Shown piece after piece: positions 32,831 to 43,490 of a DNA stretch of 64,000 bases (positions are counted from its first letter, which is position 1; each line of letters starts with the position of its first letter). The notes beneath the pieces are model-generated. The model worked only from the letters and a program-made list of their open reading frames with translations. It was not told where the DNA came from and ran no database searches. The translations under genes were made by a program, and so were the position numbers. The DNA is taken from assembly GCA_034226945.1 (NCBI GenBank), contig CP120455.1, positions 1,178,001 through 1,242,000 on the forward strand, in the 5' to 3' direction. The DNA comes from Picochlorum sp. SENEW3 (Eukaryota).

Positions 32831-35803
32831 GATGGCTGCATTCACGTCTCGTTGCCAGAAAGCACGCTCACATCCATTGTTCATACAACGGCGTACTTTC
32901 CAGCGCTTGTGAAGCCCCACCGCGGGGGGGTCCTCCAATTTGGCATGGCAGGCACAGCAGTACTGGCTACTTCGGAACTCGCCAATCTCGATGAAACAGC
33001 ACCTCTGCCGCAGCAGGTCCTTGAGGGCCCGAAAGCAGACCCTCTGTTTTCCGTGCTTCCCCGAGTTGATCGAGGCGTCCCCAAATACAACGACGGTCTT
33101 GCTCTGAGCCTCCCTGTCCTTCGTCCCGCAGATCCGTTCAACCATGGAGTCCAGCATTCGTTGCGTCCTCGTGTACACAGAGAACCTTTGCCTCCGGAAA
33201 CAGTTCTGGGAATAAAATCCATACACCGTGTTCAGGTGGCTATTGGTCGTTCTGCAGAACGCCAGCATATCCCTTGCTGTTCCGACCTTTCTGGTGGGTG
33301 CCTCCTGTTTCCATGCCCCGATGCCTGGCCTGGCCTGCGACCACGCCCGTTCCAGCGCCTTTCGTTTGAGGATGCCCGCACGCGACTGCATCTCGTGGTT
33401 GGTCAGGCTCATCGTCTCGAACGGGTCGTAGTCCCCGTGTCGCTTGTTCTCCTGGCAGAGCTCCCTCATCTTGCCCTGCTCCAGCCTGATGCCCACGTGG
33501 CCATCGGGCCCTGGATCGAAGACCCATGCGTTGTCGGGCGATGCGGCCAGCAGGTCTTTTGCTCTGTCCAGATTCCCTCGACTGGAGACATTCGAGGACT
33601 GCGGGGTGCCTGGCCCCGTCCTACTCGTTCGTTTTCGCTTCCTCGGCTTTCCTGTCGAAGACCCCGTCGCCTTCTCCGCCGCCCTGGCCTTTATCCTTTC
33701 CTTTTCCTCCTCGTCGGCACGAATTTCGTCGTCCGTCTTCAGACGATAATACTGCATCGACACGTCGACACCGTCCGTGGACAGCTGCCCTCCAAACAGC
33801 CACTGGTGTCCGTTTTGGCACCTTCTGACTTTGATATTGAACAGGGCCGTCCAACAGCACTCTTGATACCGCAACGCAGCCTTTTCCACTTCTTCTCGAG
33901 CATCCAAGTACTCTTGACTGCCATTCAATAACGCGTTCTTCCTGTCTGTCACTTCCTTGCACAGCTTCTTTTCCTTGTCAGACTTCTTGTACCGGTGCCG
34001 CTTTCCAGTCGGGGTCTGCTCAAATTCGAGCTTGCTTTTTTTCTTATTCTCGTCAAGTTCCTGTTTAACCTTCTGTTGCTCGTCGGTCAACCAGTTTTCT
34101 TTGTCCATGTCCACGATTCTCGACTCGATTGACTTCACCCTTTGTCGTGCCTCGCGCAGTGTCTCCTGGGGGCCGTGTATCGCTTCAGCAATGTCACTAC
34201 ACTCCAGTGCCAGGCCCTCTGCGAGGCCGGTGATAGCCACAGTCGGAATGCTGATATGACAGGCCCTCTTCTTTGCCAGGGGGAGGACGGACGGCACCTG
34301 GATTCGCTTTCCCCATGGGGCCTTTGCATCGTTGCCTCTCCTCGGAGTAACGAACAAGAACGACGAGCGGAGCTTGGGCAGAATGACCCTCTCCATATAG
34401 TCGGCAAAATCATTCTTGGTCATGTCGTAGTCGGCCAAGGACGAAGGGAGGCGCAGTTCAGACGAGATGCCATCGATCCAACCCACTTGGTCTTGGCTCA
34501 GGAATTCGGCACCACCCTTCTGACTCTGGTACAGAATCCTCTCCGACAGAAGGCACAAAATTTGTCCCCGATACCTGTCGTTTCGGTCCACGACACGTTG
34601 TCCGTTGTCCCCACTCCGGAATCCCTGGTCCGTGCGGGTGGTGAACAAGTCTGGACCAGAACACTGTCGGAATATGTCCAGCGCATGCTTCACGTGGTGG
34701 ACAAACTCCTTCTTAGTGAGCGATCCTTTCCTCAAATCTCGCTCAATGGCCACCGCCAGTTTTTCTCCTACACACATATTCACTAACTCGATGGCCTGCG
34801 GTGGGCTCCCCGGGCCGGACTGCTCAGAACGGTGGCGGTTGTATTCCATCACCTCACCCGCAACGAAGTGCACGAATTCCATCATCTTGGCATTTTCCTT
34901 TCGGCCTTCCTGATCCGGGAATTTCTCCCGAATAGGGTTGACGATTGTCTCCTGGATGTCTCGGACCTCTTCCTCGGTTAGATTCTTCAATCTGTCGTAC
35001 CCTTCCTTCAGACCACGGAAATCCACGTCCTCCCACACAGCGGCGGCAACGGCAGACACCAAAGAACGAAAGTCATCCGCGTACCGTGCCCCAAAGGTGC
35101 GTGCAAGCCGAACCTTGACAATCTTGCAAAGGTTGTGATACGCATTGTGGTGCAGAATAATGTGCAAATTCTGAGCCTTTGCATCCGCCGCAGCTTTGAG
35201 GCAATGCCGACGCCAGGCCTTGTGACCGTCGACGTCCCATCTCAGAGACTCGCCTGCCTGAGGTAGTGGAGCCTCTTCTGCATACTGTCGGAGCGAGTCG
35301 TACAGGGGTGTCCTGATGTCCTGTTTGAGGCCGTCCCCATACCTGAGGTCTTTGATGGCATCAAAGATGTAGTTCCAAAAATTGTTGTAATCCATCTTCC
35401 CCAGATCAATACCTTCCTCGAAGCATCGGTACACGTGGTAGTGAGCAGCTTGGGTGGCTTCGACGGATATGTGGCCCACCATCGTGGCCGTGTCATACAG
35501 AAGCTCTTTGATTCTGGATGTGCGAGCAATACCCTTCCACTGTCCCTTGTTCTTTCGGTTGTGGTCTTGATACCCGCCCAGAGATCCAGGTTTTATCACC
35601 TTCCTCACTTCTTGCGCGTATTTACTCTGTTTACCCCGTGTTTTTCTATAGAGACCTAACTTTTCAGTCCTGAATTTTGCCTCTTTCCTGTGGTCTCCTG
35701 TAGGTCTGGACCCTGATGGGTCATCACACACCATGTGGGGAGCCTCCCCTCCAGGCGTCGTTGTTGCGACGGTAGGACCTTGATTAACGAACCCTTTTTC
35801 CAT
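32729..35803 (-). CDS. Fz1: Fanzor1 (eukaryotic TnpB/OMEGA-type RNA-guided DNA endonuclease), 1024 aa
   Basis: FGGQLSTDGVDVS (WED), FDPG (RuvC-I D763), VVFGDAS, IGEFRSSQYCCAC (RuvC-II E942 + CxxC), CMNNGC, WQRDVNAAINL (RuvC-III D986); intronless. Confidence 0.9.
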   Translation of the reverse strand: MEKGFVNQGPTVATTTPGGEAPHMVCDDPSGSRPTGDHRKEAKFRTEKLGLYRKTRGKQSKYAQEVRKVIKPGSLGGYQDHNRKNKGQWKGIARTSRIKELLYDTATMVGHISVEATQAAHYHVYRCFEEGIDLGKMDYNNFWNYIFDAIKDLRYGDGLKQDIRTPLYDSLRQYAEEAPLPQAGESLRWDVDGHKAWRRHCLKAAADAKAQNLHIILHHNAYHNLCKIVKVRLARTFGARYADDFRSLVSAVAAAVWEDVDFRGLKEGYDRLKNLTEEEVRDIQETIVNPIREKFPDQEGRKENAKMMEFVHFVAGEVMEYNRHRSEQSGPGSPPQAIELVNMCVGEKLAVAIERDLRKGSLTKKEFVHHVKHALDIFRQCSGPDLFTTRTDQGFRSGDNGQRVVDRNDRYRGQILCLLSERILYQSQKGGAEFLSQDQVGWIDGISSELRLPSSLADYDMTKNDFADYMERVILPKLRSSFLFVTPRRGNDAKAPWGKRIQVPSVLPLAKKRACHISIPTVAITGLAEGLALECSDIAEAIHGPQETLREARQRVKSIESRIVDMDKENWLTDEQQKVKQELDENKKKSKLEFEQTPTGKRHRYKKSDKEKKLCKEVTDRKNALLNGSQEYLDAREEVEKAALRYQECCWTALFNIKVRRCQNGHQWLFGGQLSTDGVDVSMQYYRLKTDDEIRADEEEKERIKARAAEKATGSSTGKPRKRKRTSRTGPGTPQSSNVSSRGNLDRAKDLLAASPDNAWVFDPGPDGHVGIRLEQGKMRELCQENKRHGDYDPFETMSLTNHEMQSRAGILKRKALERAWSQARPGIGAWKQEAPTRKVGTARDMLAFCRTTNSHLNTVYGFYSQNCFRRQRFSVYTRTQRMLDSMVERICGTKDREAQSKTVVVFGDASINSGKHGKQRVCFRALKDLLRQRCCFIEIGEFRSSQYCCACHAKLEDPPAVGLHKRWKVRRCMNNGCERAFWQRDVNAAINLAKFFLWELNGEEKPTVFQRPRTRAEEDIPDV

Positions 35804-36679
35804 CGGTACTACCGTATCTTTATCTCTTCCTCCTCACACACGCGCCACGGTCCTTTTGTCACCTACACAAGGAAACTGGTCGTAACTCCCCTGCTATCAA
35901 ACGTGGTCCTTCATGTCTGTATGGGATTCGTACCTTGTGTGTGCAATAGTTGTCTCTGTAACCGTCCGAACAGGCTCGGCTGATCAGTGCGCGGCCTCCA
36001 CGGGCGTTGATCAGAGCTGCTGGGTCAACGCCCGTGCAAAAAAACTAACAACAACAACAACTGGTATTCAACTCAACAACCAACCGCACGCCCAGCAACA
36101 ACAGCACCGGCGGTCCTTTTATGGAACTGTAATTCGTATATAAACTCTACTACTTTGATAATACGAGACGACGAGACCAAGGGTCGGAAACGCACGACCA
36201 CGCCAGTCGTCGTCCGAGTCTATACTATCGTTACTGTAGTAGCCTACCACAGCGCAGCTATGTTTCTTCGCGAGATGCCGTTGACAAACGTCAGTTTGGG
36301 ACGAGATAATTCTCACAAAAAAAAAAAAACCGAGCCTGACAGGAATTGTCACAGCATATCAACTCCATGCATCGCCATGAGGCCTCATGGCACGAGTCGG
36401 ATGTCATCACTAGGCTTGGGGCAGTGCTATCCGCAACAATTCCACCCTCCCCAATCGAAGTTTTTCGTGTTTCAAGGAAGAACCCTTGCCTAGTTTGAGG
36501 GAGTTCCGCCTCTTTTCCTCTGAGATGAGACTCAAAAGCTGCAATTCTTTCTGCCTCTAGTTCATTGGTGTGTTCTTTGGCACGAAGACCTCCTTTTCCC
36601 TGGATAAAAGTTTTCTTTTAAACTGTTGGTTACACGTGCATGGTAAGAACAAAAAGAAAATCAAACAAGAAAATGAAAT

Positions 36680-37924
36680 CTACTTTGACACTTTTATTGG
36701 CACTCGGGCAGCCATGAGTGCCAGAGGTAAACTTGCCAACTTTCTCCACTTTGGAACATAGGCTCTCTTTGTGAAATTATTGTATTCGTTGGCTTCTATA
36801 CCATCCAGAATTTGGCGATACAATATCAGGGCTGACCATACTGGCCACCGAGCATCAGCATCGAGCAGGTTCACTCCTGCCTCAGCCTCCGCAAAGTAAT
36901 CTCGAGCTCTCTGGATCTGGAACTGCATGAATGCACGCCATCTATCGTCTATCTTCCCAGTTGTTGGTGCAAACATGCCACGCAATACTTCGTCCCCTGA
37001 GATGCCAAACTTGTCCAGTTCATCCAGAGGGAGATACACTCTAGACCTGGTCATGGCATCCTCTCCAACATCTCGAAGAATATTTGTCAGCTGGTTTGCT
37101 GTCCCTAACGCTAATGCCGCCTTATAAACTGGCTCTAATGGTCCCTTGTACGTAGGATCGACTCCCATGACTGGTGTGCTCATCAAGGCCACAGTTCCTG
37201 CCACGCGATAGCAATATTCGTATAATTCATCATAGTTTTCGTATCTGTTCTTGTATAGATCCATTCTCATTCCTCCGATCATATCACGGAAAGGCTGGAT
37301 ATCCACGGGGAACTTGGTCAATGTGTCCGTAAGTGTGGCATCTAGCGAGTCATATGGGCGCCCATCGAACAGGGCTTCCAGCCTCTCCTCCCACCTGTCC
37401 AGTGCTGCGGGGGTGATTCTCGCGGAATTTGGCCCATCGACCAATTCGTCTGTTCTTCTGCACCAGACGTAGATCGCCCAAATAGCACGCGCTTTCTCTG
37501 GTGTCATGAGTTGTGTTCCTAGGTAAAATGTCTTTGCATATTCAGAGGTTACCTCTCCTGACCTCAAGTAGGCATCCTCCAACATCTGCCCCGACCATTT
37601 ATGTGAAACTGGCAATCCATTTGGAAAAGCTTTGTGCAGCTCGATCTGAGACCTCGTGGCTGCAGCCTCAATTTCATGCCCAGACATTGGTTGTGTCACT
37701 GGAACTTTCCCACTGCTTGCAGGTGACGAAGGTGTGCTCGACGATACTTTGGCTGCTGCTGCTGATGTCTTGCGACTTTGGGAATCTTTCGAGCCACTCC
37801 CACCCACCGATGCAGATGCGCATTGGACTCTCCTTCCCACAAGGGCACACGACCTGCTGGTAAAGCCGGGTCTACAGTCTAGAGCCCCGTGCATAGACAT
37901 CGATATCGGCAATGCATGTGCCAT
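36680..37924 (-). CDS. PSY: Phytoene synthase
   Basis: [45 protein letters not shown]; transit peptide. Confidence 0.95.
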   Translation of the reverse strand: MAHALPISMSMHGALDCRPGFTSRSCALVGRRVQCASASVGGSGSKDSQSRKTSAAAAKVSSSTPSSPASSGKVPVTQPMSGHEIEAAATRSQIELHKAFPNGLPVSHKWSGQMLEDAYLRSGEVTSEYAKTFYLGTQLMTPEKARAIWAIYVWCRRTDELVDGPNSARITPAALDRWEERLEALFDGRPYDSLDATLTDTLTKFPVDIQPFRDMIGGMRMDLYKNRYENYDELYEYCYRVAGTVALMSTPVMGVDPTYKGPLEPVYKAALALGTANQLTNILRDVGEDAMTRSRVYLPLDELDKFGISGDEVLRGMFAPTTGKIDDRWRAFMQFQIQRARDYFAEAEAGVNLLDADARWPVWSALILYRQILDGIEANEYNNFTKRAYVPKWRKLASLPLALMAARVPIKVSK

Positions 37925-38334
37925 CCTCCTATTAAATAGTCTCTAGACGCAGATGGATTGTGCCAAATCCCGTTTCAGGACAGAAATCCAGAACCTGTTA
38001 TCCTGTTCTGACGGACTCACTCCTTGAGGCTTCGACGCGTATCTTCTGCAAAACGACATGAGACTGGTGAGTTGACGCACATTGTATTTCACATAGATGA
38101 AATGATATTTCTAAGAGGGTGCATCGGACAATGGGCAAAGACGAGCCAGGTACGTCACCGTTGGGGGCGGTGCTTTTTTTGCAAACGTTACTCGAGTGCA
38201 CGAGGCAGGCCTCTTTTACATACCTAATGATACCTCTCAAATATGAAATGAAAATAAAACCTCGATAATTGGTTCTAAGCCAACGCCATCGATCAATCAA
38301 TTCTCAAGTCACTGGATTGGTCAATCAAGCAAGT

Positions 38335-38625
38335 AGACTGGTTTGCATCCACCACCTCTGGGAATGAGGCATTTTCATCCCTTCAAAGGGTCCCTTTGAT
38401 TTTTCTTGTTTTGCTTCTGTCATTGCATTTTGACCATGCACTTGTAATATAAAGAAGTAGCAGTATTTTTCGACTGAGCGAGGCCTCTCTTTCTTCTCAA
38501 GAAGCCTCTGCCGCCACAATAGAGGTGTCTCTCTATGGTAGTAGAGCCACCTCCAATGCAGACTGGTTTGCATCCACCACCTCTGGGAATGAGGCATTAT
38601 TATCCCTTCAAAGGGTCCCTTTGAT
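38335..38625. repeat. 66-bp direct repeat (38335-38400 and 38560-38625) around a 159-bp spacer
   Basis: AGACTGGTTTGCATCCACCACCTCTGGGAATGAGGCATT..ATCCCTTCAAAGGGTCCCTTTGAT occurs twice with 2 mismatches. Confidence 0.9.
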
Positions 38626-38764
38626 AGGAGGCAGTCGTAGAATTTTCGACAGCATGCCCTGGATGCGAGGACAAAGGCGTCGATGCCAGCCATGAGAGCC
38701 CTCTGATAAATCAGTAAAATCGCACAGACTCATCAATTTGTATAAGTTCTTCAAGATAACAAAA

Positions 38765-40150
38765 ATGGCCCAGCAAATGACCATGTTCTCTAAGGCTGCC
38801 ACTGCCAACTTCACCGCTGTCCGCCCATCTAAGGCTCAGCGCAACTCCGCTGTCGTCGTGCGCGCTGGAGCATACGATGAGGAGCTTGTTCAGACTGCTG
38901 TACGTACATTTTGCATGTTGTTTACTCTGGTCATTGTTGTGGGGACTGCACTGGTGATGCCGATGCCGTGGTAGGAACCTCGTTTGTGGGCGTCTTATCC
39001 AGATGACCGAGGATAAGGTCCACAAACGAATGCTGCACCGCTCCATGCATGATCAATCCAAAAAACTGGAATGTACCGGTTATATGCGATTATTTTGACC
39101 AACAAATGATGACAATGTGCGTTGTAGAACAAGATTGCCTCCGCCGGCAAGGGTATTCTCGCCATGGACGAGTCCAACGCCACCTGCGGAAAGCGTTTGG
39201 AATCTATTGGCCTGGAGAACACCGAGTTGAACCGTCAGAGATACCGTGAGCTCCTTGTGACCACCCCAGGACTCGGAGAGTACATCTCTGGAGCTATCCT
39301 CTTCGAGGAGACCCTCTACCAGGAGACCCGTACCCCAGGAAAGACCATGGTGGACTGCTTGAACGAGCAGGGAATTGTCCCAGGAATCAAGGTTGACAAG
39401 GGTCTTCACCCACTTGCCAACTCCAACGGAGAGTCTTGGTGCTCTGGACTCGATGGACTCGCCCAGAGATGCGCTGACTACTACAAGGCTGGAGCTCGTT
39501 TCGCCAAGTGGAGATCTGTTGTTTCCATCCCAGCTGGACCATCCACCATCGCTGTGCGTGACTGCGCTTATGGACTTGCTCGCTATGCTGCCATTGCCCA
39601 GAACGCTGGACTTGTGCCAATTGTTGAGCCAGAGATTCTCCTCGATGGAGACCATGACATTGACCGCACCCTCGAGGTTGCTGAGATGACCTGGGCTGAG
39701 ACCTTCAAGTACATGGCCGACAACGGAGTCATGTTCGAGGGTATTCTCCTCAAGCCATCTATGGTTACCCCAGGAGCTGAGTGCAGCCGCAGGTCTGGAG
39801 CTGAGGAGGTTGCTGAGTACACTCTCAAGATGCTCAACCGCCGTGTGCCACCAGCTGTTCCAGGAATCATGTTCTTGTCTGGAGGACAGTCTGAGCTCGA
39901 GGCTACCATGAACCTCAACGCCATGAACCAGTCACCAAACCCATGGCACGTGTCCTTCTCCTATGCCCGTGCTCTCCAGAACTCTGTTCTCAAGACCTGG
40001 AAGGGAGAGGATGCCAACGCAGCTGCTGCCCAGGAGGCTCTCATCAAGCGTGCCCAGGCCAACTCTGCTGCCCAGCTCGGAAAGTACACCGCTGATGGAG
40101 AGTCCGCAGAGGCCTCCAAGGGTATGTTCGAGAAGGGTTACACCTACTAA
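38765..40150 (+). CDS. FBA: Plastid fructose-bisphosphate aldolase class I
   Basis: Transit peptide exon, intron 38900-39127, GILAMDESNATCGKRL, VPIVEPE, FLSGGQSE, C-terminal Y. Confidence 0.95.
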
Positions 40151-40289
40151 ATTCTCTCCTCTTTCCAAGTCAGACCTGTGTGCTGACTGGAAATTTATAG
40201 GTTTTTGTGTGGACAGGCTTGGCCTAACGCCAATTTATTCCATTGAGATTTTTATGTGTAACTTTTAAAAAACAAGAAAACTAGAAATA

Positions 40290-41438
40290 TTAATCGACGA
40301 CCTCGCCAGTGTGGCAGTGGTCAGAAACAAGTTTGCTCACAAATCTGCTTGATGACATTGAGCATCGCCCCGTACCAAATTCCCACTGCCAACTTCGACA
40401 AGCTGACTCGTCGCGGCAATAGGACGCGCATGCTCCGACTGAATCTGTGATCGCCCTAGATAACAGATTTTCTGCTCCATTCATGTCCCAACATGTTTTG
40501 AAATCTGGTTGGATCAGTCTCGAAGGCTTGGATTCCCCTTCCATATTGTACAAAACCATTGTGTCATTTATCCATGGATACCAGTATTCAACACTCGTAT
40601 ATACTCCAGTTGAGTTCACCCGGCCACATTTGGAATCAAATGACCCATAGCTCGTCAGGCCAACGAGATGAATGTCTCCTTCCAGCAGTGGACCACCTGA
40701 ATCCCCACGACACGTGTCTGCTCCTGTTGACATATCACCAGCGCAGAAATGATCCACAGGCCGCTGGCCTAGATTTTTTGTCGTGTGAAACTGGTCGCAT
40801 ACCTCATCGGATAGCTTTATCAGCAGGGTATGCTGCAACCAAGTTGTCAAGACCCCATTCTCTGATGTGTAACCCCATCCCACTGCGGTCAGAATGCTCT
40901 TGTCGATGGGCTCTTTGGAAATGATTGCTTCCGTCTTGTTCACACTTTTTGATAACTCTAACAGAGCAATATCTCCGAGGAATCCGTTTTGTTCAAGATT
41001 GAAAATTTCTGGCACCACAACCTGGTCAACCAAATACTCACTCCCCTCTCCTCGCTCCGTGTTGCCTACATACACGGCCATGGTCCTTGGCCTTCTCAGA
41101 GTGTTGTCTTGGAAATTAGTCACACAATGTGCGGCTGTCAACACAACTTTGAAGTCCACCAAAACAGCCCCACATGCATGAACACCATTTATGTACAATG
41201 ACGCAGCAAAAGGAAACTGATCAGCGACAGCCGGACTTCCTTGAGCAAGTTTCATCTGTTTAATAGCATCTTCTATCTCGCCATGAGGCTTTAAACGTGG
41301 TGGCCTGGCATTGTAATACGCCATTGTCATTTGGTCAAGCTCTCTGTTTGTACCTCCTGCCATGAGCTCTGCACCTGCCGTGCACAAGCCGAGGAACAGC
41401 CAAATGATGGCGATTTCGTAATACAATTTGTACAGCAT
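40290..41438 (-). CDS. Secreted trypsin-like (S1) serine protease with a C-terminal PAN/apple-like domain
   Basis: Signal peptide, LTAAHC, DIALL, CRGDSGGPL; C-terminal CASYC...C.SWQW...C pattern. Confidence 0.85.
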   Translation of the reverse strand: MLYKLYYEIAIIWLFLGLCTAGAELMAGGTNRELDQMTMAYYNARPPRLKPHGEIEDAIKQMKLAQGSPAVADQFPFAASLYINGVHACGAVLVDFKVVLTAAHCVTNFQDNTLRRPRTMAVYVGNTERGEGSEYLVDQVVVPEIFNLEQNGFLGDIALLELSKSVNKTEAIISKEPIDKSILTAVGWGYTSENGVLTTWLQHTLLIKLSDEVCDQFHTTKNLGQRPVDHFCAGDMSTGADTCRGDSGGPLLEGDIHLVGLTSYGSFDSKCGRVNSTGVYTSVEYWYPWINDTMVLYNMEGESKPSRLIQPDFKTCWDMNGAENLLSRAITDSVGACASYCRDESACRSWQWEFGTGRCSMSSSRFVSKLVSDHCHTGEVVD

Positions 41439-41596
41439 TGCGTGCGATTACATGCGCTAATTCATATCGTCACGTGACAACGTCAAGTTGCCGTTGAGAT
41501 TGCTCCTGTGGATCTACGCAGGACAGACCACCAGATCTCGGATATGTATCCAATGCGTTCCTCTGAAAATCTTATTATTTGATTTTATTGGATTTT

Positions 41597-43377
41597 TCAA
41601 AGACGTTTGGGATGAGATTGCTGCGGCTTTTGTGCCAAGTGCCAAGTGGGTGGCCACCGGTGGCGCCTTGACAGCAGCAAGCCCCAAAAGAACGAGATGA
41701 GCCCCACGGCTATGACTGAGCCCACATAGCCTGCTGTAAACAACGCAAACAGGCACCCAAAAGGAGTTTTAACACATAGTGACGTGATCTGCTTGTGCAT
41801 CACATACTGATTCCAGTAGAAGATAACTGGATGGATGAGGTAAACACCATACGAACACTGCATCCAAGAGAAGAAGTTGGTACAGATGAAATACATGGAA
41901 CACTTCATGTGACGGACCTTGCTCAAATACTGCACCCAGAACGCTATCTTGGAACGCCAGGAGACTTCCTTTACCCGCCTGTCCGCAGTGACAGTGAGAA
42001 AGGTGACAAGTGCAAAAACAACTGAAAGCATAGGAGAGCCATGCAGCACCCATGCTGCCCAGGCGTTCGAAAAGTTCCATTCACTCATCTCCATCCCGTC
42101 ATATTTAATCGAAACAATCAAAGCCCTATATGCGGCGAGCGCTGCTGCAAGTATTGCTGTCACCAATACATGCACGGTTTGTCTCACTTTCCTGGATGCT
42201 GTCATCTCCCGATAGGTGGAAGACTGCAAAAAGGAGGCGAGCAGTACTCCTGCGAAAAAGTTGCACAAACGAGATGGAGTAGCAAAGTACAGGGTGTGAT
42301 AGAAGTAAAATGCTCTATCTTTCAGACGTGATGAAAGATTTGAATGGTCAAATGCAGGCAAGGGCACAGCCGTCCCGATGAAGGATGACAAACAAACCCT
42401 TATCGCGGCACCCAGAAGACATACGCAAGAAGAAGAGGCAATCATTCTAGAAGAGCTGCGTGTCAGACATACTGGTCAGCAATGCTTGCGGAACAAATGC
42501 GGTGCAAGTACATACGCACCTTGGGGCAAACAGTTTGACCAGCACACCAAAGATCACAAACAGGTGCATTTGCACAGCGACACTCCATAGATGCTGCAGT
42601 ACATAGAACGTTGGTAGATACGTCGATAACACCAGATATAAATAAAAACGCACGACTCCACAGCCCCCAAAGCCCACAAAATTATTCAGCAGGACAAAGG
42701 ACAAAGGCATGGTTTGCTGGCAGTGTGAAAACATGACATCATATGATGCTTTCATTCTCTCTGGAATTTCCTGCATCGGATGTGAAGCTGTCATGACATG
42801 AAATCGATGTACGTGTTATGATATCATTTCAGACCTGTTGTTCTGGGAGCATGAAATGGATCGCCACAAGGGTAGCAAAGTATGGTACCAGCAATCTTTT
42901 GCACCGACCCCTGCGAGACAAGTAAACGTTGAGTTGGCACACAAGATCTCTAGTATGGATCAAACAAACTCACCATAGATACGATATTACTGAAAACCGG
43001 GCAGAATTATTTGATGGTGATTTGAATAAAGGCTGGACGTGCCACGCTGCTAAGAACCCAGATATGGTTATAAACAGGTCGACAGCGAAATTTCCATGAG
43101 CAATCAATTTGAGGATGCTGTGACGGTTCATTTCCTGTGCAAAGACAAAGGTATGTTGATCTAGCTATTACATATCAAATTTTAATCGTAAAATTACCTC
43201 GATGGCGTCTTCCAAAGGAAATAAAACGGCCCAATAGAGGAGACTATGGAACAGGACAACACACAAACTTCCGAAGACCCTCAGGACATCAATCTTCTCC
43301 AAACTGACGGAATATGCTTCTTCCTCTTTCTTCATGACGCTTCTACCGTTATCACAGGGATGGATCACCTGTGCCAT
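41597..43377 (-). CDS. Acyltransferase-3 family membrane protein (multi-exon)
   Basis: IDVLR..GSLCVVLFH, AVDLF..ISGFL, HLWSVAVQMH, SYGVYLIH motifs spread across exons. Confidence 0.75.
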
Positions 43378-43490
43378 GATTTTTCAGATTAAATGGAACA
43401 GTCATCCACAAGAGACTGTCCCCTCGGTCAATGCCCAAACACTTGTGACCAGTCGCTCCAGGCCTTTCGTCCGTTTTTCTTCCCGAGAGT

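Larger units (their letters stand above)
32654..36420 (-). mobile_element. Putative non-autonomous Fanzor-carrying transposon (boundaries approximate)
   Basis: Fanzor ORF plus ~600 bp of non-coding upstream DNA with hairpins and microsatellites, between the convergent PRMT1 and PSY genes; no clear TIR or TSD seen. Confidence 0.55.

Noticed and set aside
32705..33931. 408-aa + strand ORF overlapping the Fanzor
   Set aside because: Antisense shadow of the GC-rich Fanzor coding strand; it starts at GTG and has no recognisable motifs or transposase signature.
32695..36360. Possible TIR (ATATAGCTATGTGAC vs GTCACAGCATAT at ~36348) and a direct match GTGACTGTAGT/GTTACTGTAGT (~32705, ~36230)
   Set aside because: The matches are short and need indels or mismatches, so they cannot be told from chance without other copies.
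38335..38625. CRISPR-like array near the Fanzor
   Set aside because: Only two 66-bp repeats with a 159-bp spacer, in a eukaryotic genome; this does not fit CRISPR geometry.
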